A stretch of DNA of 64,000 bases from the human T2T-CHM13v2.0 reference genome, Homo sapiens (GCF_009914755.1 NC_060936.1), one strand, 5' to 3'; numbered from the stretch's first letter, positions 13,315-25,384 are shown. Notes: a model not told the origin generated them from the letters alone. A program made the numbers and translations.

Positions 13315-13700
13315 TAAGCAAACCATCATAGAGAAAACGCTGAATTATTCTTTTCTTCTCTCTATAGACGATATTACTAAATTGTCATATGAAGAGATGA
13401 TCAGAATATGCAGGCAAAAAGTACAGGGAATAGAGTATGATAGAGATGTTTCAGGCTGTTAATTATTAATGAATTGTTAATTGATCAGTTATTTAATTAA
13501 TAAAAATTATGTTCTAGTCTGGATTTTGGATGTTTGTGGTTTTTCTCAGCTTCTAAAAATGAGTCATGTGTTATTATCATCTTATTCTAAATATCCACCT
13601 TGGTACCAAACTCTTTTTGAAAATTTGATCTTCTTTTTCTTAAAGAGGCCTCCAAAATTGTGTAAGCTGCAGGTCCCACACACCTGGTTATGCCCCTGGT
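13315..13700 (+). mobile_element. hAT DNA transposon 3' remnant (Tip100/Zaphod-like) with transposase C-terminal fossil
   Basis: Translation LKQTIIEKTLNYSFLLSIDDITKLSYEEMI resembles the end of the hAT dimerisation domain; followed by an AT-rich tail and terminal-like 'cctggttatgcccctg'. Confidence 0.55.
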
Positions 13701-14837
13701 TCTAAGATTCTGAGACCATAAGATTCATGGTTTATATATTCCCCAGATCCAAGGTTTGTCATCTCCTGATCCCTTTAGGGTCACAACCATTCTGCTCCTT
13801 GCGTCCTGTGGGATATTTTTCATAAGAACATCTGATTCCTAGACTTCACAGTCCTGGAAGTTTTCTATCTGTCTCCCAAACATTTGAAGACTAGGACTGC
13901 AAGGTCCAAGGGGTTTAAGAAAGTACAGTGGTTCTGAAGGAAGCTGCTCCTGAGAGGGGGAGGGGAGCCTACAGCAGAGAGCTTCTGAGGAGGCCTAGTT
14001 TTGTTCAGATTTCTCCATTCATTAGGATTCCTCCATTTTCCATCCTGCAGCTCACAGATGGATTGAGAGAACTAGCCTCCTGCTAGCAAAGGGTGGGTCA
14101 GAATCAGGGCTCCAACCCCCTTCTTTTACAGGCAGGGAAATTGATCAGAGTATGGCAGCCCATTCAACAAGTCAGCCCAGCTGATAGCTAGGACTCCTTT
14201 TCTCTCCTCTCGGCTCCCCCAGACTCAGAAAAGAGGACAAGCACTGAGAAGGCACTTTACTTCCTGCCGAAGACGTAGGGAGTGATTTTAAAGGCAGAAG
14301 TGAAGACGATGTCCAGTGTCTGAAAAATACAGATCTCCCCATTGCCACCAAACCACAGACCCTTCTTCCAGGATCCATTTTCCTTTGTTCCCTTGGCGGA
14401 ACCAAGGCTCCCCGCTCCACTATTATTTCACTGTATTTCAGGGGCACCCAACTGGTTCACCCAGAGAAGATTAAAACAGGCTGCTAGCAGCATCACAGTT
14501 CCTGTGGCTTCAGATTTCGGTGTTTCTGATACCACAAAAACCTATTTGAAATAAACATAATAAAACTTTTACAACAGGCTCACTGTAGGCCCCTAAACTC
14601 TGGCTGACTCTGGGGGAAAGGAGGAGAAGGGACAGTCAGGAACAGACTGCTTCTGGAGCTCTCAGCTCAAAGCATTCAGGGATTAACCCTTTCCTGTCCC
14701 AACCCTGGAGAGGATGGATTCTAGTCTGTCAAAACGGAAGGGGCCCCATTTTATAGACAGGAAAACTGAGGGAAACTCAGCTGTCCCACAGCTCCTCTGA
14801 GACGATAAATGGAACAGTCTTTGAGGAGCATGTGGTG

Positions 14838-15016
14838 CAGTGGTTCTCGAACTTGGAGGCTCATGGGAATCAACTGGGAATCTTTAAAAAGTACTGACAC
14901 CTGGGCCCCACCTCCAGACATTCTTATTTAATTAATCTCGGAAGAGACCTGGACATTGGGATTTTCTTAATCGCTCCCTAGGTGATCCTAATGTGCACCA
15001 CTGCTGGAAACCACTG
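14838..15016. mobile_element. MER5A (hAT-Charlie)
   Basis: TIRs 'cagtggttctc' and 'gaaaccactg'; 8-bp TSD atgtggtg/gtgtggtg. Confidence 0.88.
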
Positions 15017-15059
15017 GTGTGGTGGAGAAGGGACAGGGAGGTGTATATTTACATCTCTG

Positions 15060-15250
15060 TCCACTGTTTTATAACTGTGTCCTTCAGCAGTCACGTGGGC
15101 TTCAGTCTCCTTCTTCTGTAAATTAGAGCTAACGGTGAAACCTACCTCATCCAGGGTCCAAGTGGGAATTAAATGAAATTATATGCATTAATTGCTTAAA
15201 GCAGTGCCTATCACAGAGTAATCGATCAATACCTGTTTGCATTATTGTTA
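15060..15250 (+). mobile_element. MIR
   Basis: 'ttcagtctccttcttctgtaaatta...cttaaagcagtgcctatcacagagtaa'. Confidence 0.7.
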
Positions 15251-16744
15251 CTGATGTTACTGTTGTTACTATCACTAATGTCATCATTTCAAGGTCTCGG
15301 GATGGGAAATGGGGGAATACAGTCCCCACATCCATTGATGGTTGAATTAGGATTCGGGAGATCTGATTTCCTTTTTGACTGTTCTGACAACAAACAAGCT
15401 GTGTGACCTTGGGCAAAGCTCTTAACCTCTCTGAGTTTAGTTACCACATCTTGCCAGATGGGTCTCACAGCCCCTGGTCATCTATTGTCCAGGAAGCTGT
15501 GAGATTCCAATAAGATAATGGATTTGAATGAGATTTGAAAACAGGAATGCACCAGAGGAATTTGAGATATTATGATTGTGACGCCCATTGCATCCCCCTT
15601 GTGCCCTGGCTGGCCCATCTGTTCTGGGAGCTTTCCGTTCTCTCTCTGCCTCCTTTGGCCGCCAGTCCTGAGCTGCTCTGTCTGACATTTGGGCAGTTTC
15701 CAGGGAGGATTCTGTCCCTTTTCCATCTGCTCTCAACTTAACTCTTTCTCTCCCCTCTTTTGGTCTACCAGGATCTGATGTTAGGGTGTGAGGCGATGGT
15801 GTGTGAGAAGAGACACTAGGGAGCGACTACTCCTTTTCCTGGGGTCAGGAAGTGGTCAGTGATCTTGGATTTCCCACCATGGAAAAATTGAAAAGTCCCT
15901 ATGAAACCTTTGAGGTAGACCAGGAGATGAGGTAGAGTGGGAAGTAGAGCCAGGATTTGAACCCAGCTTCCTGGACTCCCAGATAGTGCCCTTCTGCTCC
16001 CGACTCCCCATTCCACCCCATTGCCCTGAGCTCTTGGGAATGGGTTCTGCAATATGGGATCCCTCCTGGCTCCTCACTTTCTCTTGGAGAAGTTACTGCC
16101 TGTGGGAGAATATCAGGACACGGAGGATTGCTGCTTCCTTCAGGAGCCTGGGCTGTCTCCCAAGGAGAATTTGTGTCCTTGGCCAGATCATAGAGCTTCT
16201 GCAAGACTCAGTTTCCTCTGCTGTGCAATGGGAAATACCACCACTGATTCTATTGGTCAAATGCGACCATAAGCAAGAAAGAGTTTGCAGCTTCTATTGC
16301 CTGAAATGCCAATGCTCCTGCTGGAGATGGGCATGGTGGTGGGTTGAATCTGCCAGGCTGATCTCTCCTGGCTGGAGACCGAGGCCAAGGCAGAGGCATC
16401 TGGGCTGCTCCGAGCTGTGTGGGCTGGGAGGAGCCCGTGAGAAGGCAGGGCCTGCTTGGGATTGGCAGCTGCGGGCCTGCTGGCAGATGGTCTCCTAAGT
16501 GGGCCACCTCAGGGTCAGCTTTATGGATTTGCACATTAACCCTTCCCTCCCCAGCAGCCCCTTAGCAGCTGGTTCTTTTTGACTTTGGCCTAACTGAGCT
16601 GTAGACTAGACCCTGGCCCACATCTTATCACTTCCCAGCCCTCTCTGAAGACACGAACCATCCATTGCACATGGAGTGCAATTTAAAAATGTGCAGAGTC
16701 AAATTCTGAAACCTCATGACACTCAGAGCTGGGCAAGATTGAGG

Positions 16745-17110
16745 AGAGAATATCCTTTTAATATTCATCACTTGTATTAATACCAGTTTTATAAATACTG
16801 ATGTACAAAAAATAAAATATTACTGCGCAGGAGAACAAACAAATATTTTGGAGTTTATCCTTCTAGACTCACTAACTTACTCTTATTTTCTCTCTCTTTT
16901 TTCTCATCTCTCCCCCTCTCTTTCCCTTTACCAATATGAGATAATGTTGGACATGTTTTTTTTATTCCAGACTTTTTAACAAATTTAGCAATACAGTCTG
17001 ATTACCTTGCCATGTAAATTTCCATCCATCTCATCATTTTTAATGCCTTTATAATGTTCTATTATAGGCATCTATCAAAAGAAATTCACCCATCTGCTGT
17101 TGTTGGATGA
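16745..17110 (-). mobile_element. Old L1M fragment
   Basis: AT-rich antisense L1M 3'-like 'catttttaatgcctttataatgttctatt...ctgttgttggat'. Confidence 0.5.
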
Positions 17111-17608
17111 TACCATTAGAGAATGAGGAAACAAACTCAGAGAGGTTCAGTGACTTGCGCAAGGTCACACAGCTTAGAAATAACAACCAGAACTTGAATT
17201 TTGGTCTTGGGACTTGAAATACGGTTCTCTTTTTTGGTTAGAGGGAGTGAGGGTTTAGCAGCACTCCTCCTGTAAACCAGTACAGACCAATCCCACTCCA
17301 AGAGGGGCTCAGACGAGTGTTGCTTTTTGGTGGTTGTTTGGCTCAGTTCTGGGTTTGAATATGAGCCCCATCTTGATTGGCTGTGTGCTTTTGGGTAGCC
17401 TGACTCCCTTCTCCAGTGGGGAGGCCTCTCTGGAGCCTCAATTTCTTCTTCCATAAAATGAGGCTATTAAGATCTAACTTGTCAGGCCATTAAGGGGATT
17501 TGTTAGAGGAGAAATTGTCCAGGTATGTGGCACATAGTGGGTGCTCAGCGGTGAGGCTAATACCCTTCCATTGCTGCTAGAAGTTTTGGTATTATAAGAA
17601 TATGAATA

Positions 17609-17867
17609 GGCCTGGAGCAGTGGCTCATGCCTGTAATCCCAGCACTTTGGGAGGCTGAGGTGGGCAGGTTGCTTGAGCCCAGGAGTTCAAGACATGACAA
17701 AAGCCTCATCTCTACAAAAAATACAAAAATTAGCCAGGTGTGGTGGTGCATGCCTGTAGTCCCAGCTACTTGGGAGACTGAATCCAGGAAATCGAGGCTA
17801 CAGTGAACTGAGATTGCACCACTGCACTCCAGCCACAGTGAGATCCTGTCTCAAAAAAAAAAAAAAA
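17609..17867 (+). mobile_element. AluJ with three internal deletions
   Basis: 'gcttgagcccaggagttcaagac', poly(A), flanking 'atgaata' repeats. Confidence 0.9.
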
Positions 17868-17916
17868 TGAATAAAAAGATTAATGTTATCTAATATCTAT
17901 TCAAATTTTCTGATCT

Positions 17917-18042
17917 CTACTCTTATCTAATGTTGTGTAACACCTAACCATGTTGGAGCTACTCTTATCTAATGTTGTGTAACACCTAACCATGTTGGAG
18001 CTACTCTTATCTAATGTTGTGTAACACCTAACCATGTTGGAG
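17917..18042. repeat. Perfect tandem repeat, 3 x 42 bp
   Basis: 'ctactcttatctaatgttgtgtaacacctaaccatgttggag' at 17917, 17959 and 18001, all identical. Confidence 0.98.
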
Positions 18043-18169
18043 CTCTAAAGGTAGTAGTAGCCCCAGTCCTTGGCAAGTCTCCTCACCATGCCTCAGTTTA
18101 CCCATCTGTGAAAGTAGGCTACTGCCTTTGACTATTTCTGAAGGTGATTCTTTTCCTCACCTCCAGCTC

Positions 18170-18840
18170 CCGGTGAGAACGCATGTTTATCTCCTGATGG
18201 GCACAGGTCTGCCCTTGAAACCCCTCCCTCATCAGTGCTGTTTTTCCCCTCCCCCACCAGCCAGAGCCAACGGGCCGCCCCTTCCTCCACCAGCTCTCCG
18301 GCCTTTGACACTAATTGATACGGAGTTTCCCCCTCTAATCCTGCCTCTGCCTGGGGCTCTTGTTCCTAGGGCATCTGCTTGGTGAGAGGAGGAGGAGGCA
18401 GGGCCGACCGCCACCCGCCTGTCTGCCATCTGGTCCCCTTCCCCTCCCTCCTCTCATTGCCACCGAGGGAAATCTGTAATGAATCCGTGGCCCCCCGCCC
18501 AAAGGGGTGGGGTAAGACCGGTCACACGCTGGCGGTCTACACACACGCTCACACACATACTCACATACACACACTCGCTCGCACACGCAGCTTGTAGACA
18601 CAATCATTAGCAAAGCTTTTGTGCGGCCCTCCCAGGCCCGCTGCAGCTGAACAGCTGCTGGGAGGGCTCCGGAGCGAGATGCTAACAGGAGGGGAACTTT
18701 AATTATCCCACCGAATGGCATCTTGGGCAGACCCCGGGGACTGGACGAGATCGGGAAGAGGGAGGAGAGTAGGGGAGAGAAAGACAATTAAAGTAGAGAA
18801 TCCGGGCCAAGAAAGGGATGGGACGCACAAGCCGATGGGG
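18170..18840. promoter_or_regulatory. Candidate enhancer or promoter (CpG-retaining, homeodomain and E-box rich)
   Basis: About 30 CpGs by manual count; no recognisable transposon; TAATTG, TAATCC, TAATGA, CATTAG, TTAATTA motifs; CATCTG and two CAGCTG E-boxes; CA-rich tract at 18539-18590. Confidence 0.6.
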
Positions 18841-19009
18841 AAGAGATGGTAGAGGTTCACCTCTGCTCCCTGTCTCAGAGGGCCAGATCTCTCCCACTCA
18901 GGGGCTGAAGACAAGACTTGGGAAAATGACCACTTTCTTCTCCTTTTCTGACTGGGGTTACCCACATGACTTTCTCTGCCTCAGCCATCAGAGTTGCCTT
19001 CTAAAAGCT

Positions 19010-19180
19010 TGGCATCAAGAGCAAGGCTTTGATCTCTGCACATCTGGGTCTAATTTAGTTTTGCTTCTTGCCAGCTGTGTGACCTTGGGCCAACTACTTC
19101 ACCTCTCTGAGGCTTGGAGTTCTTCTGTGCAAAATGGAAATCACAGCAATACCTACTCACCGGGTTGCCAAATCAGTTAA
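19010..19180 (+). mobile_element. MIR
   Basis: 'agctgtgtgaccttgggccaactacttcacctctctgagg'. Confidence 0.75.
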
Positions 19181-19183
19181 TAT

Positions 19184-19310
19184 CATTCATTCAAACAGCA
19201 AATGTCCACTGAGTGCCTGCTGTATACAGGCACTGTGCTAGGAGTCAGGGATACAAGAGAATGCATGATGTGGGGTGGGAGTGCAGACAATAAACAAGGG
19301 AACCAACTAA
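19184..19310 (-). mobile_element. L2 3' end
   Basis: 'tcattcattca...tgagtgcctgctgtatacaggcactgtgctagg'. Confidence 0.75.
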
Positions 19311-19464
19311 CTACAAAAAGGGTATTGTGCTTAGGGCCCAAATACCAATTGCTTCAAGCAACTTTTTCAGATGTTCCCCCTTCGACTCCTGCCAGAACAA
19401 TTTTTCTCCTTTCTTCCTTAATTCCCTAGCTGATGTTCTTTACTGCTGTAACTGGATCCCATAA

Positions 19465-19842
<378 letters not shown>

Positions 19843-20009
19843 TCAGAAAATATTTTCTGAGATGAATCATTGCGAACCCCACATATATTAAGTGGTTGAA
19901 GATGAAAAGTGTCAGCCCTTACATGGGAGGCCAACAAGGGGTTTGTCCACTTTGAGAGTTCTCTTTGTTCAATCAGAGTTTAAACTACACATTTTGTACC
20001 CTCCAGATC

Positions 20010-20700
20010 GATTAAAACTAAAAACAGTGTGGTAATATCACATTTTGGCAAAGATATCTGGGAATACGTACACTCATACATTGCTGTTAGGAGTGTAAAC
20101 TGTTGCAGCCTTTTGGGAATATGATATTTCAGCATTTATCAAAAATTTTAAAAAATCTGCCTACTCCATGACCAGCTCTTGATGTCAACACTAAAGGAAA
20201 AAGGAGGTGAGTTCAAGAGTGTTTATTGCAGCCATGTTTGTTATCAGGAAGAATCTGCAAACAGCCCAGATGCTCTTAATTAGGAAAATGGCTAAATAAA
20301 TTATGAAATATGCATAATTATGGAATACAATACAACAGTTGAAAAAATGCAGTAAATTCATGTGTATTAAACATAGATCTCTAAAAGACTGTGACAGGAA
20401 AAAGCAAACTGTGGGATGACACACAAGTTGTAATGTTATTTTATATAATACATGTAGGAAAAAGCATCTATCTATGTATACAAAAGAACACTATGTACTC
20501 TATATAAATATATATGTGTAGAAAAATGCTTCAAAGGATGTACACCAAACTGTCAATGACAGCATCACATATGAAGAAGAGGGGGATATTTTAGCTTTAT
20601 CTCTGTGACTACATATTTAATAAAAAATGTTTTCATCATTCACAAGCTTTCCTCCTGTGTTAGTTATGTATACAAACATGAATTTGAAAAAAAAGGAAGA
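20010..20700 (+). mobile_element. Old L1M 3' fragment
   Basis: 'ctcatacattgctgttaggagtgtaaactg', 'gtttattgcagccatgtttgttat'. Confidence 0.75.
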
Positions 20701-20771
20701 GTAGGTGGAAGACACATACATGGCAAAAAACAAATAAACAAAGTACTATGAAGAAGATTAGATTTCTATAG

Positions 20772-20996
20772 TCAGGTTTTTCAACCTTGGCACTACTGAC
20801 ATTTAGGGCCAGCCAGATAATACTTCCTTGTGGGGAGCTGTCCTGTGCACTGCAGGATGTTTAGCAGCATCTCTGGCCTCTACCCACTAGATGTCATTAG
20901 CACCACCCTCCCTTTGGGCTGTGACAATCAAACATGTCTCTAGACCTTGCCAAATGTCCCCTGGGGAGCAAAGTTGCCACTGATTGAGAATCACTC
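20772..20996 (+). mobile_element. MER20 (hAT-Charlie)
   Basis: 'tcaaccttggcactactgacattt...ggatgtttagcagcatctctggcctctacccactagatg...ttgccaaatgtcccctgg'. Confidence 0.9.
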
Positions 20997-21319
20997 ATCT
21001 AGAGATACATTTCCATCTACCCCTAGATGATCTAGTCAGAAAAATCTGAAATGCTGAAAACCTCAGGACCATTAAGACAACGTTTGCAAATCAAGAGATG
21101 TCTAAGACTTTGGAAATTAAAAAAATAAAATAAAAGCCACATTGGTTTGTGTCTCCTGCCTTCCCATGGGTTTGGGGCGTGGCAGAGCTGCACAGTGAAA
21201 GGAGGAGCATGTGATTGGAGTCTGACAGTGCTAAGCTCCCTGAGTCTGTCCCTTCTACAAAATAGGGAGACCAGTGCCATTGCCGAGTGTCAGTTGTGGG
21301 CATCTTACTGCACATAGCT

Positions 21320-21535
21320 TGAGCCTTGGAATTGGAAGACCTGGTTGCCAATCTCAGCTGGGCAACATTGGGCAGGCCACTTTGCCTTCCTCAGCTCTAA
21401 GCTCACCTGTAAAATGGGGATGATGGTAGTGTCCACCTCATAGGTTGAATTTGAGGATTAAGTAAGGTAACATCTGCAAGCATTTAGCACTGTCCTGATA
21501 TCTAGTTAAGTGCTCAGTAAATGGTTGCCATAATG
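21320..21535 (+). mobile_element. MIR
   Basis: 'ctgtaaaatggggatgatggtagtgtccacctcatagg...gtgctcagtaaatg'. Confidence 0.75.
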
Positions 21536-22879
21536 CTCTTGGTGACAATGTTTGTAAATTGTATATTAGACAGTGTCCTGATATAAATCAATAGTTTTTA
21601 CATGGAAAAAGAGGACCAGAGCTTTTCTTTTTCACCTCCCTGGGATCATCGTCTGGGAATTCAGATGTCTGCCCTGAAATGAAAGGGCACCATTCATTCA
21701 TTCGTGCAGCAAGGGTTTATAATTTGCTGACCAAGGGCCACTTCCTTAAGATAGAGATGAATGAGTCCTCCCCATGGGGGGATGGAAACGCTGCATCATG
21801 ACCTGGCATCTGAACTGGACTCACCTGGGTGTCTTTTTCATCAAGGTTGCCATGATATATCTCCCGAGAGGATATCCCCTGACTTAGCAACATTCCTCAG
21901 AGACAAAGCTTTCTGTGAACTCTGTGAATTCTTCTCTCCTGGCCACATTCCCTGCCCCCATACTCAGCCTTTCCCCACTTTGGAATTGTAGGGCAAATTT
22001 ATAACAATTATAAGAACACAGTTTTCTCTTGTTGTTCTCATTCTTCTACCTGTCTGTTCTTTTCTTTCTCAACTAACAGACTCCCCCAAGATGATCTTTG
22101 TCTACCACTGAGTCCCGCTCTCTTTCTTCAAGGGCACTCCTGCTCTCTGAGCCAAATTCTTCCTTCAGCCACATGTGGTCTCTATCCTTGTTCTTTAACC
22201 CATGATTCTTTGATATTTCTCTGCAAAGACCCTACAATGTTCCTTTATTTTTATGTGGTCAGATACTTCTCACTTGTGCATTTCCGCTTTTCTTGTCTCT
22301 ATTGATACTTCCTCTGTTTGGTGATTTTCTCTGTTGATATTTACTACATCTTCATTGACTCCTACCCAAGACACAGACAGACCCAATTACCCTCTAAACC
22401 TTAGGGAAGGCGCCAAAGAAAAATTTCACCAGGTGTTTTACATCAACCTGGGAGGTAATGCTATTTACTCTCAGCATGCACTAGGCCACAGGTGGAATTA
22501 GCAGAAGGAAAGGTGAATGCTGGATCACCCTCCAGCATCTCCAGATATGCCTTCACAGTGGGGAAACATCATTATTGTTTCCTTAACTAAGTTAAGTGAC
22601 ATGATCTTCAAGAATACTAGATCAATGTTTGCACATGAGTAACAAACAAAATTTTGGAGTCAATCAGGCTGTTTCCTTTCTGTACCATTTTGCCCCTCCT
22701 GTAGCATAAAGAATGTCAACAACAACAAATCTGTAGCATTTCCAGTTCAGAGATGAGAAAATCAGGCCCAGAGAGGCTAAGCAATTAACCCAGTGCAACA
22801 CAGCCAAAACAGAACATGAACCAGGGTTAAGATTCAAATGATATGATTTTCAGATTTTAAGTTCAGTACTGAATGATCT

Positions 22880-23780
22880 GCTTTCTTCTAAATATTTTGT
22901 AAATGAGTTTTAATCATAAAAGTTACACATGACAATGGTTTATAAAAAGTACTGCAGAAGTATTAAAAAACCCCAAAATTTCCTTCATCTTAACTTTGTA
23001 CTCCTTTCTTTTAGACACAACTACTATTGTGCTTTCTAATGTATTCTTCCAGAAATATTTTATATGAAAATACAATGTATTATGCTGGGAAACTTGCCTT
23101 TTCTTCTTAACTTTGTATTTTGGATTTTTAAAATATATGACTGCATTTAGAACTACCCTGTTATTTTTTTAATGGCTGCATTATATTTGATTGTATAGAT
23201 GTATCATTTATTTAATCAATATCCTATTGATTTATAATCAGGTTGTTTTCAGGATTTTTGCTGTAACAAACAGTACTACTGTAAACATTTTGGTACATTT
23301 ATTTTGGCCTACCTTGGAGGGTATATCTATACTATAAATTCCTAGAAACGGAATTGTTAGAAATTTCCAGAAAATGATACTGTCTCATTGCCCACCCCAA
23401 AGTGTGCATGCTACCCTCCCCTTCTTCCCAACCCAGGGTATAAGAATCATTTTATTTGACCATTACTTGATGGTCAAAGTACTTGACCATTACTTGATCA
23501 TTACTTGATAAGTTGGAGAATTATCAAGCTCTTTCATCTATCCATTCTGAGAGTTAGAAAGTAGTGTATACTTGTTTTTCTTCCTTTCTTTAATGAGTGA
23601 GGCCACACGTCTTTGCATGTTTGTTGATAATCTTATATTTTGCTATGATTACCTTTTCATGTCTTTCATCCGTTTAATAGAATTTGATTATTCTTTTTTT
23701 TAATTTGTAAGAGCTCTTTGCATATTAAAGGAATTATTCTTCTGTCATATGTGTTGCCTCAAACTTTCTGTTTGTTTCCG
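22880..23780 (-). mobile_element. Old L1M(E) fragment
   Basis: 'tttaatggctgcattatatt...ggttgttttcaggatttttgctg', 'tataaattcctagaaacggaattg'. Confidence 0.75.
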
Positions 23781-24379
23781 ATGAGTACAGAGATTTAGAA
23801 CAGACAAAAAAAATTATAGGTAGCTTTTGGAGAAGGGATAGGAATTAAAACGGGATTTTATCTCCTTCCCCGATCCCCACCCCCCACCTCTCTACCAAGA
23901 ATGACTTGCTGTAACAGATGGAGAGCTATGAGTCAGAACAGGTATGATGCTCTAATCTCTCCTCCTGCTGGACCTGGGTTCAAAGGAAGGCAGGTATTAG
24001 AGGAAAGAAAAACTGTCTGCAAGGAGGCTTGGGCTATTTCCCAGATCCAAGCTGCAGTTGGCAACCTGATCCCCATTCCCAAAATGCCACTCCATGTTTT
24101 TAAAGAGTAGACACAAGGTAGCATATGGCCTACAGGAACCCTGCAATTTTTAAATTTAGGAAGGCACAGGAAGTGAGGAGGTAAGAAGGGAGGTACAGTG
24201 GGCTCCTCTGGGGCTGTTTAGCTTCAGAGGGTTGGGAGGGGATGGCTTTTTCTGCTTCATAAGAGACCAGCTCATCCCTGGCCCCTGAAACCATGGGAAT
24301 ATCTTATGATTACATACAATTCTGTTAAAGCGAAAGTACCCTGCAACCCAACTACACCCCTTCTAGCTTGGAGAAACCC

Positions 24380-24660
24380 TCACATGTGCCCAAATGCTGT
24401 TCAAGAAATTTGTGGAAGAATTGAGTGATTGGATTGATGTTTATGGCAGCATTGCTGTAATTGTGAGAAATTAGAAACAACTTAAGTATCCAACAAAAGG
24501 GGAATTAATAAATACTCGATTGTGATCTGCCAATAAGATGGAATGCAATGAAGCAGTCAAAATGAATGAGGCTGAACTACAGGTGTGGATATGAGAAGTT
24601 GACCAAGGTGTTTGTTGAGTGAAAAATGGCAGCCGCAGGTAGATATGGAGACAGTATGAC
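24380..24660 (+). mobile_element. Old L1M fragment
   Basis: 'atgtttatggcagcattgctgtaattgtgagaaattagaaacaacttaagtatccaacaa'. Confidence 0.65.
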
Positions 24661-24689
24661 ACTGAGGAGTCCAGCATCCTCCTCTGCCT

Positions 24690-25384
24690 CCCCAGCATGT
24701 AATCAATCCGCCAGCAGGTCTATCACTTATAAATAAAGCCAGAATCCCTTTTTCTCCATCTCCAGTGCTAGAGAACTAGTCAGAGCAGCCATCACCTCTT
24801 CAACCAGACTTACAGGGACCATCTTTCATAAACCCCACTGCTATTGACATTGCTTACTCCCCTCCAAGCTGCGCTGCATGCAATAGCTACAGTGATCAAT
24901 TATAAACCAAACCAGTTCCATATCACTCCTCTGCTCAAAATCTGTGCTGCTGTGCTCTGAATAAAACCCCAAGCTCCTGTCAAAGCCCCAGCCCCTACTT
25001 TCCTTCCTCTTTTGGCCCTCACTCACCCTTCTACATGCTCTTGCCTTTTCTTCTTAACTTTGTATTTTGAATTTTTAAAATATATGACTGCATTTAGAAC
25101 TACCCTGTTATTTTTTTAATGGCTGCATTGTATTTGATTGTATAGATGCATCATTTATTTAATCAATATCCTATTGATTTGTAATCAATCAGGTTGTTTT
25201 CAGGATTTTTGCTATAACAAACAATACGCAAATTCCTCAGACACACTATCCTCATCCCAGGCTTAGAGTCCTCGCACTTCACCCTGGACTGTCCTTCCCC
25301 CTGATTTCTGCATGGTCAAGTCCTCCTCATTCTTCATATTTCAGCACAATTATTGTGCTCTTGGGAAGGCCATCTCTGATGACC
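24690..25384 (+). mobile_element. L2 fragment interrupted by a 188-bp copied L1M segment
   Basis: 'tatcactcctctgctcaaaa', 'aataaaaccccaagctcct', 'tctgcatggtcaagtcctcctcattcttca'. Confidence 0.7.
25040..25227 (+). repeat. Dispersed direct duplicate of 23093-23276
   Basis: Manual alignment: 6 transitions plus a 4-bp (aatc) insertion. Confidence 0.97.

Noticed and set aside
14260-14430. Exon-like open stretch (AEDVGSDFKGRSEDDVQCLK...)
   Set aside because: In-frame stop just upstream, no convincing splice sites and no recognisable protein.
17917-18042. CRISPR-like array
   Set aside because: Units are head-to-tail with no spacers, the context is eukaryotic and there are no cas genes.
18335-18787. 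150-aa minus-strand ORF in the CpG-rich element
   Set aside because: Non-ATG start, includes CA-repeat translation and no homology recognised.
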